Of a stretch of 64,000 bases of DNA, positions 63,479 to 64,000 are shown piece after piece. Both the position numbers and the translations under genes were made by a program. The DNA is from Cytophagales bacterium. GTDB lineage: Bacteria > Bacteroidota > Bacteroidia > Cytophagales > JAAEPT01. Below the pieces are notes generated by a model, which was given only the letters and a program-made list of their open reading frames with translations, did not search any database and was not told the DNA's origin. How positions within the stretch are numbered: position 1 is the first letter of the stretch; each line of letters starts with the position of its first letter. The stretch lies in assembly GCA_024232295.1 (NCBI GenBank), contig JAAEPT010000154.1:9612-73611 (forward strand), in the 5' to 3' direction.

Positions 63479-64000
63479 TTACTTTATTTCCTTCACTATC
63501 AGCTTTTCACCAATCGATAAATTATAGCTTGTTTTGTTATTCCATTTCAAAATCTGAACAGGAGTAATTTTGTATCTCTTTGATATTTTGAAAATTGTAT
63601 CTCCTTTTTGAACAATATGATATACATACTTTTTCTCCTTTGGAGTAGTGTTACTTGATGAAGTTGCTTGAGTTACAACTTCTTCTTTTTGTTTGATCAA
63701 TAATTTTTGTCCAAGACTTAAACTTGCAGAGTTCAAATTATTCCAATTCAAAATATCAGAAACAGAAACCTTATACTTTTTAGAAATAGCATATAAAGTT
63801 TCTCCTGCTACCACTGTATGAATAACCTCCTTTTCTACCACTTTTGTTTTTTGTGTAGTGGTAGTTGGGTTATTATTAGTTGTAACTGTAGTTGACTGAC
63901 TAGCAGTAGATTGTGTGTTATTTGATCCAGTAGTTGTAGTACTTGTATTATTAGGTTGCTTCACTACTTTCGTCTTTTGTGTAGTAGTACTTGTAGACTG
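63479..64000 (-). CDS. LysM-repeat peptidoglycan-binding protein (5' end beyond right edge)
   Basis: Two LysM motifs (HTVVAGETLYAISKKYKVSVSDILNWNNL; YHIVQKGDTIFKISKRYKITPVQILKWNNK) and Thr-rich linkers. The frame stays open to position 64000, and the track start is only a GTG. Confidence 0.8.
   Translation of the reverse strand, partial: QSTSTTTQKTKVVKQPNNTSTTTTGSNNTQSTASQSTTVTTNNNPTTTTQKTKVVEKEVIHTVVAGETLYAISKKYKVSVSDILNWNNLNSASLSLGQKLLIKQKEEVVTQATSSSNTTPKEKKYVYHIVQKGDTIFKISKRYKITPVQILKWNNKTSYNLSIGEKLIVKEIK

Noticed and set aside
1-64000. tRNA, rRNA, tmRNA, RNase P, CRISPR, integrase or transposase, and prophage signatures
   Set aside because: I read all intergenic spacers longer than 100 bp. 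None contains a tRNA-like acceptor/T-arm pattern or GC-rich structured-RNA hallmarks. No ORF shows recombinase, transposase or phage structural motifs.

Overview
This is an AT-rich chromosomal segment, judged by eye and not computed, and almost certainly from a Bacteroidota genome. Four proteins carry T9SS C-terminal sorting domains, there are many SpII/SpI signal peptides, no Shine-Dalgarno signals are evident, and TAnnTTTG -7 boxes precede several genes. Coding density is high, with about 75 genes on both strands.

Recognisable housekeeping genes are panB, ruvB, gcvT, rnhB, queA, ispE, bioF, bioD, bioA, apbE and yigZ. Others are an RluA-type pseudouridine synthase, a UDP-glucuronate decarboxylase, a ZIP transporter, a TonB-dependent receptor and two sigma-54 response regulators. 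I found no rRNA, tRNA, CRISPR array, transposase or integrase, so I see no mobile island.

The findings I would follow up first:
1. A 612-aa radical-SAM/SPASM enzyme with an unassignable C-terminal extension of about 220 aa. It sits upstream of an OMP-like protein and a 114-aa protein with a Gly/Ser/Asn tail.
2. A SulP-STAS anion transporter whose cytoplasmic C-terminus is fused in frame to a T9SS type-B (gliding-motility) sorting domain.
3. An orphan BchI/ChlI-like AAA+ plus vWA gene pair, bracketed by nearly identical palindromic hairpins.
4. Two HTTM (vitamin-K carboxylase-like) membrane proteins, one of them in an SdpA/SdpB-like translationally coupled pair.
5. An A11 homopolymer inside a priming sugar transferase.
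6. Tandem paralogous two-module LRR proteins.
7. Three local gene disruptions between about 14.5 and 17.9 kb: an in-frame TAA, a frame switch, and a signal peptide out of frame with a diheme cytochrome domain.

All domain calls come from reading motifs in the supplied translations. No database search or computation was possible.
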